Source: Octopus sinensis (taxonomy: Eukaryota). Taken from it: a stretch of DNA of 32,833 nt. The stretch is from positions 1 to 32,833 of the forward strand of contig NW_021832772.1 of the NCBI RefSeq assembly GCF_006345805.1, in the 5' to 3' direction. Each line of letters begins with the position of its first letter. Positions within the stretch are counted from its first letter, which is position 1. A program made the position numbers and the translations under genes. The notes beneath the pieces were generated by a model. It worked only from the letters and a program-made list of their open reading frames with translations, was not told the DNA's origin and did not search any database. Below, piece by piece: positions 11,009 through 22,038 of the stretch.

Positions 11009-11184
11009 CTGTATGAAATACATTTTTGAAATACTTCTCCCGAAGCAAACTTTCATACAGATAACATTATATATTGTTTTAGAGACAAGGTTATGCCGCA
11101 CAGGATAAGCAATTCCTTGATATAACATGTTGGGCAGCGACTGACATAATGCGTATTACTAATAATGACATGGTTACATAAATA

Positions 11185-11337
11185 TTCTTTCTATTGGAAA
11201 TAAGATTGTTTCTGAAATTTTGAGGGAGAGGGGTTACTTGATTATATCGAGCCCACTTCTCAACTGGTACTTATTTTATTGACCCCCTGAAAAGATTTTT
11301 AAAAAAGTCGACCTAGGCCGAATTTGAACTCAGAACA
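11185..11337 (-). mobile_element. SINE family C fragment
   Basis: CAACTGGTACTTATTTTATTGACCCC and AAGTCGACCT..GAATTTGAACTCAGAAC blocks. Confidence 0.7.
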
Positions 11338-11371
11338 CTGCCTTTACATGATTATATAAGTGTCAGTTTCT

Positions 11372-11968
11372 TATTTCTTTATTGCCCACAAGGGGATAAA
11401 CATAGAGGGGACAAAGATGGACAGACAAACCGATTAAGCCAATTATATCGACCTCAGTGCGTAACTGGTACTTAATTTATAAACCCGAAAGGATGAAAGC
11501 AAAGTCAACCTCGGCGGAATTTGAACTCAGAACGTAACAGCAGACGAAATACCTATTTCTTTACTACCCACAAGGGGCTAAACACAGAGGGAACAAACAA
11601 GGACAGACACGGGGATTAAGCCGATTATATCGACCCCAGTGCGTAACCGGTACTTAATTTATCGACCCTGAAAGGATGAAAGGCAAAGTCGACCTTGGCG
11701 GAATTTGAACTCAGAACGTAACAGCAGACGAAATACCTATTTCTTTACTACCCACAAGGGGCTAAACACAGAGGGAACAAACAAGGACAGACACGGGGAT
11801 TAAGTCGATTATATCGACCCCAGTGCGTACCTGGTACTTATTTAATCGACCCCGAAAGGATGAAAGGCAAAGTCGACCTAGGGGGAATTTGAACTCAGAA
11901 CGTAGCGGCAGACGAAATACCACTAAGCATTTCGTCCGGCGTGCTAACGTTTCTGCCAGCTCGCCGCC
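11372..11968 (-). mobile_element. SINE family C trimer (head plus three 182-184 bp tandem units)
   Basis: Unit ends TATTTCTTTA at 11372, 11554, 11738; a single full head at about 11920-11968. Confidence 0.93.
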
Positions 11969-11974
11969 TTCATA

Positions 11975-13345
11975 TAAGCGTCTGTTTCGGAGACATCTTG
12001 GTAGTTTATCAGTTTCATTGTCTTTTTTTAACTTTTTCTAACACTTATTCCAAAGCTAATTGATGCTGGTAGATTACAAAAGAGCGATTTCCGATTAATG
12101 AACATGATGAATGAGCGCAAAATACAAAAGAGGCTATACGTCCGGTCTATATTAGCATCATTTTCAGGTTTCTATGTAATACGTCCCCAGTATAACGTTT
12201 TGTTGATATAAATGATGTTTCTCCTTAAATTGGGTCCCTCCTTCAGCGGCTTCCTACGGAGTTCACTCTCGATTTCTAAGATGGTGATCTCGCTGTTGAT
12301 CATTTCATACATTTGTTTTATCTTTCTTCTGTTGTTTAATATATTCTGTCTACATATGACTTTCCGAGGTTATCTAGATCTTACTTTGAAACAGAGTCTG
12401 TCAATAGCATTATTCTTATGAAAGCTTCCAGCTGATACTTGGATCTTGCCGGGTATAATACCAATAGAAGAGATTTGCTCTGCAGTCCAAACAACCATTT
12501 CAAATGCTAGTGTCTCAAATGAATTGTCTTGCAATAGGAAGAAGTTCCGACTACCATACTTCTTACGTCTGACTCAATATTCCTTAATCTTTCTTTCTCT
12601 CTCTCTTTAGTCACAGTAGTTTTATATAATACACTTTCATCAATTTTTAGATATTTATAACACATTGTTTCGAATAGAGGAAATATTTCCGAGACCATTG
12701 ATATTCATTTCCCCACCCCCCATTCAAAGTGGTTTTCTTATATCCAACTATCGACTATAAACATTTCCTTTGATCAAATTCCCTCCTTTTTCCAGCTAAA
12801 ATTGTGGCTTAGAATCTTGATCTTTCTCAGCTTGATTCGATAACAACAATTTTAACGTTGCAGATATTTCCAGTATAAATGTTGAGATCTTCGACAAATA
12901 AATTATTGGTTAAGTTGGTTACACCCAATTATTAGTTTATATTGGTTAGATTTGTTATTAGTTATTTCGGTTACATTGGTAACCAATAATTTATTCATAC
13001 AAGCACTGGATGTTTGTAGAAGCAATGACATTGCATTTAATTCTAAAAAAATAAACAGGAGCACAAAAATATAATGTTGACTTGGATTATTCTTTCGAAA
13101 TGTTTTATGACAGCAGCAATAATTGTTGCGTTTTCAGTTACAAGAGTAAAGATGGTGAACAAAATCATTGCATGACAACACGGACAGCAGGTACTTATTT
13201 TTACTAAATTCACTAGTTCCACCTCTATGTGTGAAGAATAGTCAAATCTATATCTACAATCAAGTCTGATTACAGCTACTATCATCAGAATTCTGCGGTG
13301 CTTTTTCTTATTTTTTTTTTTACATCCACCAATCTCGTGATGACT
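11975..13345 (-). pseudogene. R4/Dong-like non-LTR retrotransposon reverse transcriptase remnant
   Basis: Minus-strand motifs in correct order: KKHRR..IRLDCRYRFDYSSH (like WLDYKKAFDSVPH), TNNLFVEDLNIY with FVEDL at 12884-12898 (like FVDDLKLY catalytic motif), CYKYLKIDE (like YKYLG), WTAEQISSI..GSFHKNNAIDRL (like WT..EI..ID.KTRK..G.FH.NSDIDRLY); many stops and frameshifts. Confidence 0.85.
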
Positions 13346-13499
13346 TGGGGCTGCTCTTGGAAAGTCGTCCTTGTAAATAGATAGTTTGTTGTAGCTGTAG
13401 ATGCTACAATGGGAATCCTGGTTGCAGCGACCTTTGAAGGCACTGTTGAGTGGTATTGTCTTGGTAATTTTTTTCATCGATGGCACATTCCTTCAGCAG

Positions 13500-13900
13500 C
13501 AATCCTCGGACTCTGCTCTCTTATTTGTAAATCCTACCCCGTTCACAGGGTTGTCTTAGCAGAATTACAGACCCTCGAGCAAGTCAATGCTTTGACCCCG
13601 ACAATATTTGACAGAAACCTACAATACACATAGATCAAAATTGGGTACCCTGTGCTCATGAGGTCCCCGAGCTACTGCCTAGTGTGTCTATGCCTTAAGG
13701 CAGTACTCCATACTCAAGTCCAGGCCCCAGCAAAAGCCTTACCTCTCAACATTATCTTCACTAATTTTATGTCTCTCTGAAGACGAAGATCAGCTCTCTG
13801 GACAACAGATATTTCAAGATCTTTCTATCTCATATACAGTAGTCATAACCCAGCCAGTATTGCTGGAGCAGTTTGAATGGGCCAGATATAAGGGTTCAAG
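13500..13900 (+). pseudogene. Probable Ty3/Gypsy integrase remnant (Zn-binding region and start of core)
   Basis: One frame with stops: HRVVLAELQ..FDRNLQYT*IKIGYPVLMRSPSYCLVCLCLKA..ALPLNIIFTNFMSL*..ALWTTDISRSF, then EWARY in an adjacent frame; resembles VL.ELH..YWP.M..C..C..K..PLE..IDF..LVITD.FSKF. Confidence 0.45.
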
Positions 13901-14184
13901 CCTATTCAACCTGCTATATAACTTTAAAAGACGTTATTTAGCACAACACTACACTTTAATTCTTTCCACCTGCCTGCTCTACTCTAAGTATTTTGTAGGA
14001 ATCGCAACTGCCTTAATGGAATCGGTGCCAATGTTAAGCCTATATATAATGTTTAAGCAAATAGTAGGTCGCCTTTTGCCAAGTGGACATTTTCTTTCTT
14101 TGTCATAATATTTACCCGGGTCGGGTTACGATAAACCAGTTTGGTATCTCAGTTGGTCTTCCATTGTTATATTCGGTATGCAAG

Positions 14185-14414
14185 GCGGCGAGCTGGCAGA
14201 GACGTTAGCACGCCGGGCGAAATGCGTAGCCGTATTTCGTCTGTCGTTACGTTCCGAGTTCAAATTCCGCCGAGGTCGACTTTGCCTTTCATCCTTTCGG
14301 GGTCGATAAATTAAGTACCAGTTACGCACTGGGGTCGATGCAATCGACTTAATCCCTTTGTCTGTCCTTGTTTGTCCCATCTGTGTTTAACCCCTTGTGG
14401 GTAGTAAAGAAATA
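14185..14414 (+). mobile_element. SINE family C monomer with 17-bp TSD
   Basis: TSD TATATTCGGTATGCAAG at 14168-14184 and 14415-14431. Confidence 0.95.
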
Positions 14415-14691
14415 TATATTCGGTATGCAAGTAATTGGTATCCTATAGAGCATCGGTATCTTGTACAAATATTCAATTAATAAATCTTGGTCCTTTAGTG
14501 AAAGCTTGAGATTTCATGATGTGCTTTATTTTGTGCTGATACTGCAATGTTTCTTAAATGCATTCACACATGGTGCATTGTAATTAAAATCTTTCTTTTC
14601 TTTCCAAATATTAACAAAGTTCTTTTCAAGAAGGGATTTTATCTCCTTTCATTTGATACACAGCTCATAAGTTACACGGAATCTGAAAGTT

Positions 14692-14989
14692 GTGGTTAGA
14701 GTAGCGGACTCGCGGTCAAGGGATCGTGGGTTCGAATCTCAGACCGGGCGGTTTGTCTGTTTATGAGCGAAACACTTAAGCTCCAGGTGGCTATGGCAGA
14801 ATGTAATGGCGAACTTCTGCTGACTCTTTCGCCACAACTTTCTCCCACTCTTTCCTCCTGCATCTTGCAACTCACCTGCGACGGACCGGCGTCCCGTCCA
14901 GGTGGGGAACCTATACGCCAAGGAAACCGGGAAACCGGCCCTTATGAACCAGGCATTGCTCGAAAAGGAACACACAACAAAAACAAAAC
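14692..14989 (+). mobile_element. SINE family B-related (Meta-like tail variant), slightly 5'-truncated
   Basis: GTGGTTAGAGTAGCGGACTCGCGGTC..GGTTCGAATCTC head; CTGCGACGGACCGGCGTCCCGTCCAGG..GAAACCGGGAAACCGG; CAAAA tail. Confidence 0.85.
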
Positions 14990-15915
14990 AAAGTTTATGT
15001 GTGTATTTATATACATATATGCATGTATAAAAGCATAAACACATATATACATACATACGTATGTATATAAGTATATATTTTGGGAACAGTAGCTTCGTTG
15101 GTTATAGATCTCCATCCATTTCATTCAGTGGTTCGCTGTATTTCCAATGGATAATGATGGTTCAATGATATAATTGTTTTTGGTAACGAAGTTTTGGGAT
15201 AAAACTTCAAGAATTTGAAGTGTAAATATCGTAATGTATTTTAATTCTTTTTACTTTTGTACAAAATGCCGCGAGTATGGGATGAGGTTATTAACGTTAC
15301 GCATTCTGCTAGTTTATACATATCTAAACAACTCTGTGCTAGCCTATTCTGTTTTGAGAAGGAAAAAAGATTTTCATTTCAGCATTACTTAATGCCACAC
15401 ATGATTACTATTTATGATGAATTAGCAGAAATATAAAACGCCAGAGTCAACGGCTTATAGTATTTAGTTTCTTTTCTCTGTCTTTTACATTGAAACTCTC
15501 ATTTGCAAGAAAAGAACTACCAAGAAGGCACCAACAGTGTCTAAAGCCACAAACATGTTTTTTTTTTCCTTTTAGTCACTACCTTACTGTTTTTACCACA
15601 TTGCTAAAATGCATAAGCTTCTAGCTAAATTATTTTGGAAAATAAATTGCATTTAACGTTCTGGTTATAGTTAGGTCTTTATCCGTTAAGGCAGTTTTGC
15701 AATAAATCTAAACCATATATGTAGAGGGAAGCGGGTTAAAATTTGTGATGTTGCAAAGGACTATTTGGCATTTAATACATTCTGGATTTGTTCCTAAGGG
15801 AACACATATATTCTGGGTATGTTCTATCAAATTGCGTAACTGTTCCGGCTGATGAAAGTTCAAATTAACTCTCTCTCTCTCTCAAATTAGTTGCTTTCCA
15901 AAAACACATCTTGGT

Positions 15916-15993
15916 TATATGTATATGTGTGTATGTATGTGTGTATGTATGTGTGTGTATGTATATATATATATATATATGTGTGTGTATATA

Positions 15994-16053
<60 letters not shown>

Positions 16054-16265
16054 AAACACACACACACATATATACATATATATATATACGAGTGAGTACA
16101 CAAAGGCTTTGAAACTCGGAGTACCAAGAAATATGAATCAAACTGCTTTGATCCATATATATATATATATATATATACACGAATGGATAAAAAGTTTTGA
16201 TTTCTGATCCATACAGGTAACTCCCAATAAATGTGTTGAATGTCCTTCTTTTGTTTGTCCACTTC

Positions 16266-16316
<51 letters not shown>

Positions 16317-16551
16317 ATGACCTCGAACCCACAAGAGTAAACAAGAGAGACAGAGACAGGCAGAAACAAGGAAAATGCCCCTTGTATTTGAATACTATGC
16401 AAATATTCTTTAAAAAAAACTTTTCTTTTAATTTTTCTAAACTTAATTGTTTAATTGTTACAGTTGAAAAAGTCTCAATGACTGAAACCGGTACTGAAAT
16501 GTTTTTTATAAAATTATTTTAGCATTTTCTATCTTGACTTTTTTTTTCCAG

Positions 16552-16597
<46 letters not shown>

Positions 16598-16782
16598 CCA
16601 AGATAAGTGTGCGTGTCTGTGTGTGTGTGTGTGTGTTCTCACACAAACACACACATACTTATGAGCGACTGAATTACTGTCTGCATTTACTAAGTTACAA
16701 CGCTCAAGATCTATCTATGTATTTCTCTCTATCTCTTCTCTCTCTCTCTCTGTATATATATATGTGTGTGTGTATGTCTATG

Positions 16783-16814
<32 letters not shown>

Positions 16815-17000
16815 GGTGTGTGTGTATGTATATATATATATGTAATATATATATGTAGATATATATATATGTATATATATATATGTAGATATATATATAT
16901 GTAGATATAATATATATAATAGTATGTATATATAATATGTAGATTAACAAATATATATATATATAATATATATATATATATATCTAGATATATATATATA
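15916..17000. repeat. Cluster of (TA)n/(TG)n/(CA)n microsatellites with short unique islands
   Basis: Direct inspection. Confidence 0.9.
16457..16500 (+). ncRNA. Minimal type-I hammerhead ribozyme motif, U3-A8 core variant
   Basis: Stem I GTTACAG/CTGAAAT (one mismatch, one G-U), core TTGAAAA 16464-16470, perfect stem II AGTC-tcaat-GACT, GAAA 16484-16487, palindromic ACCGGT stem III, GUA cleavage triplet ending at 16493. Confidence 0.65.
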
Positions 17001-17334
17001 AGTGTAGGAAAAAAGTTAACTCCAAGCAATCCGTAGTAAATGTAAAAAAACAACTTTCAGGGACAATATTGGTTTACTGAGACAGAAGGTCGTGATTTTT
17101 TTTTCTTATCGAAGTACGATAAACTGAAAAAAATTTCTTTTTATACGCTACAGTAGGCGACGAGGGTTGCCGGGTGTATGAATAAGGATACAAGAGTTAA
17201 GGAATTGAGTAGATAAGATCCAGGCTACATAAGCTTCATAGCGAGCGAAACCTCAGAAGGGGTGAATATCCAGGTGAGGTGTATACCACTGGCTACTCTT
17301 CAGGTCAAGGATATCTTGATTAAATTAAATTTTA

Positions 17335-17439
17335 CACTGTAACATCTCTTATCCTGCACTCGCCCTAGGACGCTGGTGTGTCTCGGCAAGTGATTGTAAT
17401 AGACATGCAGATTAAAAGTAAATAATAATAATAATGATG

Positions 17440-17471
<32 letters not shown>

Positions 17472-17494
17472 TAATAATAATAATAATAATAATA
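17335..17494 (+). mobile_element. Non-LTR retroposon 3'UTR fragment with (AAT)n tail
   Basis: GCCCTAGG..CTCGGC hairpin shared with 17996-18022, followed by an A-rich spacer and (AAT)n. Confidence 0.5.
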
Positions 17495-17830
17495 AGGGGG
17501 AGCATCATAGCCATGTGTTGAGAGGGATTCTTTGGGGTTTGAATAGTTCACCTCTGGAAACATGGGTGGTTCTTTCAACATCCTTAAACAACTCTTATTC
17601 AGGGACCGTTTGAGCGGGATGGGCTACTCAACCTGAAGAAAATTCTAACTGGGCCCCACCTGCAAGGTCATGTGCTGTTTATCTTGATATGAGATCACCA
17701 TGTCGCGCACATATGGTTGTGATGCATGTGCCTGGTGTACCTTTATCAGACGGGTAGTCATGATGGGTATATTGGGCTTCGTATATTTTACCCCAGTGTC
17801 ACTTTGATGGCATGAACTGGTCTCTCACTC

Positions 17831-17863
<33 letters not shown>
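17495..17863 (+). mobile_element. 5'-truncated retroposon 3' end with (AAT)n tail, inserted in (AAT)n
   Basis: GC-richer block of about 335 bp bounded by AAT repeats on both sides. Confidence 0.6.
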
Positions 17864-17864
<1 letters not shown>

Positions 17865-18117
17865 TGCTGAGATGAGTATTATCGCTGTGAAAACAACATC
17901 CATTCATGAATTTATTTATTTATTAATTTTTTAAATACATATTTTAGCTGTGGATTTGCGTGTGTAATCTGGGAATGCATACAATGAGCTTCTCTGCCCT
18001 AGGTGTACGGAAAACACTCGGCGAGAAACAAGAAAATTTGAAGAAAGAAGGATTATAATAATAATAATAATAACAATAATAATAATAATAACAATAATAA
18101 TAATAATAATAATAATA
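17864..18117 (+). mobile_element. Dong/R4-like 3' end (last codons, 3'UTR, (AAT)n tail)
   Basis: Starts GTG CTG AGA TGA GTA TTA TCG CTG TGA = VLR*VLSL*, like the ILRKVLS* terminus of this clade; shared hairpin; AAT tail. Confidence 0.55.
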
Positions 18118-18323
18118 GTTTCTATTATAGGCACAAGGCCTGAAATTTGGGGGAGGAGTAGTCGATTACATCGACCCCAGTACTCAACTGGTACTTAATT
18201 TATCCACCCCGAAAGGATAAAAGACAAAGTCGATCTCTGCGGAATTTGAACTCATAGAATAGCGACAGACGAAATGCCGCTAAGCATTTCACCCGGCATG
18301 CTAACGTCTCTGCCAGTTCACCG
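18118..18323 (-). mobile_element. SINE family C short-tail variant within (AAT)n
   Basis: Head-core-tail similarity to 10555-10760; AAT/AAC repeats on both flanks. Confidence 0.85.
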
Positions 18324-18338
18324 TAATAATAATAATAA

Positions 18339-18373
<35 letters not shown>

Positions 18374-19490
18374 TAACAACAACAACAATAACAACAACAA
18401 TAATAATGATAATAATACATTTATATACATATATGTGCGTGTGTAAATAAACAAATATATATATATGTGCATACATGTGCGTGCGTGTGTGTGCGTGTGA
18501 TTTTGCGCGTGTATGTGTATGTGTGCGTGTGCGTGTGTGAGTGCGTGTACACATGTAATACGTACGCAGACACTTCGTATAACGTTATAGGCAGGTAGCA
18601 TATGTGTCAGCATTTGCGTATATATATATATGAAAACCTCGTGAATATATTTATCCCCAGACCGTCATAGTGTGCAGTTTAAGGCGTACAATGAATGTGT
18701 GTTCGGTTTCTCAGCTAACTTCAGTAAACAATATAATCTATATTTGACGAAAACCAACCAACAGAATCCTCTAACTTCCGACTCTAGTTACAGTTCAGTC
18801 ACCAGAGGACATTTCAGAAATTGTTTCATCTTTTCGGCAGGAAATGCTTTTCGTAAAATGAAAGAAAATATTTTCTTTGTGTTCTCCCGTGTTCTTTAAT
18901 CTATACTTCAGATAAACTAGTTATAGATAAGTTAGGATATTTTAACATGAGAGATAGTTAGTATCGTCTTTCAGTTACATGCATTGATGCTTATCTAGCA
19001 AGTCTTATGAATTAACATTTCTGACAGAGAACACTGACAGCTGGGTGGTGAAGAATTATGCTCCACCTATGTATGTATCGTTTCGGTTTCGATCTCGATG
19101 CGCGGGAACTTTGAAGACGCGTCTCCTTCTGCAATAATTTCTGACTGACGAAAACCTCAGGACTGGAGATTGATAGCGGAAATCGTGTGGAAGCCTGTCG
19201 AAGGATTCTTTCTTATTGTTGGCCAATAGCTTTAAGCCACTTTCCTGTTTTACATTTTCATAGCTTAAGGATCTTGGGTTCCTTTGGCAGAGTTCGTTCT
19301 GTTGCAACCATTCTGGCTAAATCTCCCGTCTGAATACAAATTCCCCTTCTGCCACTACCACGCGCCGGTGGCCATGATAAGAAATCACTTTCTTAGATTT
19401 AATTTTTTTTTAATATTATTTTTAAAGTTTCAAACATGGGATGTCCCGTTGGCCAGTTAGTGTAAGGGAGATAATCTCTTCTGAATAGTC

Positions 19491-19639
19491 GCAGGAGTGG
19501 CTGCGTGGTAAGAAGTCCGCCTCCCAATCACATGGTTCCAGGTTCAGTTCCGCTGTGTGACGCCTTGAATGAATATCTGCTACAATAACCTCGGGTCGAC
19601 CAAAGCCTTGTAAGTGGGTTTGGTAGACGGAAACTGAAA
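19491..19639 (+). mobile_element. SINE family A, 5' half only
   Basis: GCAGGAGTGGCTGCGTGGTAAG..GGTTCAGTTCC..GGTAGACGGAAACTGAAA. Confidence 0.85.
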
Positions 19640-19664
19640 TTTTAAGGGGACGTGTGTGTGTATA

Positions 19665-20213
19665 TCTCTTATATAAAATCCGTTCTGTCTGTGTGTCTTC
19701 TCGGATCTCGGGCATCCTCCATCCGATTACACTCAAATTTGATATGTAGATATCGACGGTATCAGAGCGTGTATAAGTCTTGGAAAATTACAAAAATCGA
19801 TTCCAGGTGAGAATGCGATCGAAAAAGCCGTTTTTGTCCTGCTTTTCTTCCGTCAACCTGTACATAATTGCACCTTCCATTTTTTGTTGCTTTTGTACGG
19901 CTTAAAGGCACGTTTCTTTCCTGTGAAGCTTACTGTTTAAACCATGTTTGTGTTTTCCCAGTCAACAGCCTTATCATTACTGCTACTTTAAACTCTTCGA
20001 TTGCATATTTGTGTGAATAAAATCGTTTTTCTTTGGAATAGAAAAAAGTCTATCTTTATTTCTTCTTTTGCTGGTGTCTCAAATTTAGGTTAAATCAGTG
20101 TTTCTCAAAGGGGAGACCTATGGGAGGGTCGGACAAGTTATTTTGAGAAAATTTTGGTTTAAATGTTTGACAACTCAGCACCGTCCATTGGACGGGGTGG
20201 GGTGTTTTGCTCG
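19665..20213 (+). mobile_element. Non-autonomous Helitron-like element
   Basis: 5' A|TCTCTTATATAAAA..GTCTGTGTGTC..CCGATT..AAATTTG start; 3' hairpin CCGTCC-att-GGACGG at 20181-20195, then CTCG|T (one mismatch from CTAG); no TSD. Confidence 0.6.
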
Positions 20214-20271
20214 TATATATATATATATATATATATACATATATGTGTGGGTGTGTGTGTGTGTGTGTATG

Positions 20272-20331
<60 letters not shown>

Positions 20332-20914
20332 TATATAGTACCATTTCCAGTAAGCATTTCAAACTTGTAATTCTTATCTTAATCAAAAGTTTAAATAAGG
20401 ACCCCACAAACTAAGTATATTTCCATAAAAGTTAATTTTTCCATAAAAATCCTTCTTTAGATTATGAGCCTAGATATTTTTTCGCATGCTTGCTTAATTT
20501 TAAACGTATTTTCTTCACTTATTTTTATATATTTTATTTAACATTTTCAGGTAAAGTTTATCATTTGTTATGAGTCTAAAAAATTTAGAACATTTACAAA
20601 AAATTAATAAACCATGAATAACAATTATTTTGAATATTTCGTTTTGTATTTGGCTTGCAAAATTGTTACAGTGAATTCGTGTGTTGAAACTGATTTTGTT
20701 ACATCTCGGTCGGGTCATTATGCCAATAATTAACACACACACTGGTTCTATTTCACATTTTTTATTATCATTAGTCAGTTAACTAGCCAAAAGTAATACA
20801 CTGTTTCATCAATCGGTCACTCAATCGTTCGATCAATTCGCGACCTCATTAATAACATTCCCCCTCTCCACTAGGTCTACTTCAGGTCGTTGTTATCATA
20901 ACTACCGTTTTGGC

Positions 20915-20955
<41 letters not shown>

Positions 20956-20956
20956 C

Positions 20957-21403
20957 CTTCTTCCAATCAGGACTCACGCCATTAGCCACAAAGAATAATC
21001 TCTAATTCGAGCCTCCTCTAAGCTACTAAGAATGCGTGTGACAGCTTGAAGATCCACCCACCATACACGATAGACTGGCGGTTGTACGGGAGCGAAAGCT
21101 ACGTTGTTATCCTCATTCCGTAAACGGTGGCTTTTAACAGGTGGAGAGCTGAACCATCATAGGGTACAGAGGATTCGCAATCTAGACTAGGGTCTGAAAG
21201 TTTACCACACCAGAGTGGGTTACACCATGGTTCCTATGCTGTGTGGCAAAAGTAAGAAGAAAGAGTGAGAGAAAGTTGCGGTGAAAGAGTACAGCAGGGT
21301 TCACACGAACCTCCCACCCCGCCGGAGCCTCGTGGAGCTTAGGTATTTTTGCTCAATAAACACTCACAATGCCCTGTCTGGGAATCGAAATCGCGTTCTT
21401 ACG
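20957..21403 (-). mobile_element. SINE family B (tail type 4, long), 5'-truncated, with (CAG/CAA)n tail
   Basis: 21265-21403 matches the family B head and body; distinct 3' part of about 300 bp; (GCT)n at 20912-20956. Confidence 0.75.
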
Positions 21404-21428
21404 ATGTTGCTGCTGTTGCTGCTGCTGC

Positions 21429-21796
21429 TTTTTTTGTTGAGCGAGGCGGTCTTCGTCCCGTCTGTAGTGGGAGAAGTCCGAAACGTGGTCCTTTGCTATT
21501 CGTAAGACCCACAGAAGAGAAAGCAGGTCAACCCCCGACACCGAGAGTATCGACGGATGGATGAATGCGCATTCAGGCTCAGCGGTTGCGTAGGAAGTCG
21601 GGGACAAGAAACAGGAAGAAAGAGTGAGAGAAAGTTGGAGCGAAAGAGTACAACAGGGGTCGTCACCAGCCCCTGCTGGAGCCTAGTGGAGCTTTAGGTG
21701 TTTTTGCTCAATAAACACACAAAACGCCCGGTCTGGGAATCGAAACCGCGATATTCCGACCTCCGCTGCCCTAACCACTTGGCCATTGCACCTCTA
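21429..21796 (-). mobile_element. SINE family B (tail type 3)
   Basis: Head GAGGTGCAATGGCCAAGTGGTTAGGGCAGCGG..GGTTTCGATTCCCAGACC; distinct tail ending CTCAACAAAAAAA; (GCT/GTT)n on both flanks. Confidence 0.88.
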
Positions 21797-22038
21797 CTGC
21801 TGCTGCTGTTGTTGTTGATAATGTTGTTGCTACTTTTCTGCTTGTGTTGCAATATCTCGGACAGTTTTAAGGTGGCGATTGGGAGAATCCCCAGTTGAAC
21901 GCTGGGGGTGGTGTAATCGAATCGACTTAAATCACCCCTGAAATTGTTGGCCTTCTGCCAAACTTTAAAACTAATAGCTTAGAAAGTCTTGCCATCTGTT
22001 TCTTGGTGCTGATGTTGTTTTCTTTAGTGCCCATTTTA

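Noticed and set aside
11372-11968. Tandem 184-bp units as a CRISPR-like array or retrozyme
   Set aside because: No unique spacers, eukaryotic context, and no hammerhead core found on either strand of the unit.
16179-16267. Short island with weak inverted ends (ACGAATGGATAAA / TTTGTCCACTTCGT)
   Set aside because: The match is short and gapped, so it cannot be distinguished from chance.
20096-20155. hAT-like terminus CAGTGTTTCTCAAA with nearby TTTGAGAAA
   Set aside because: Only 9 bp of mirror, no 8-bp TSD, and it lies inside the Helitron-like element.
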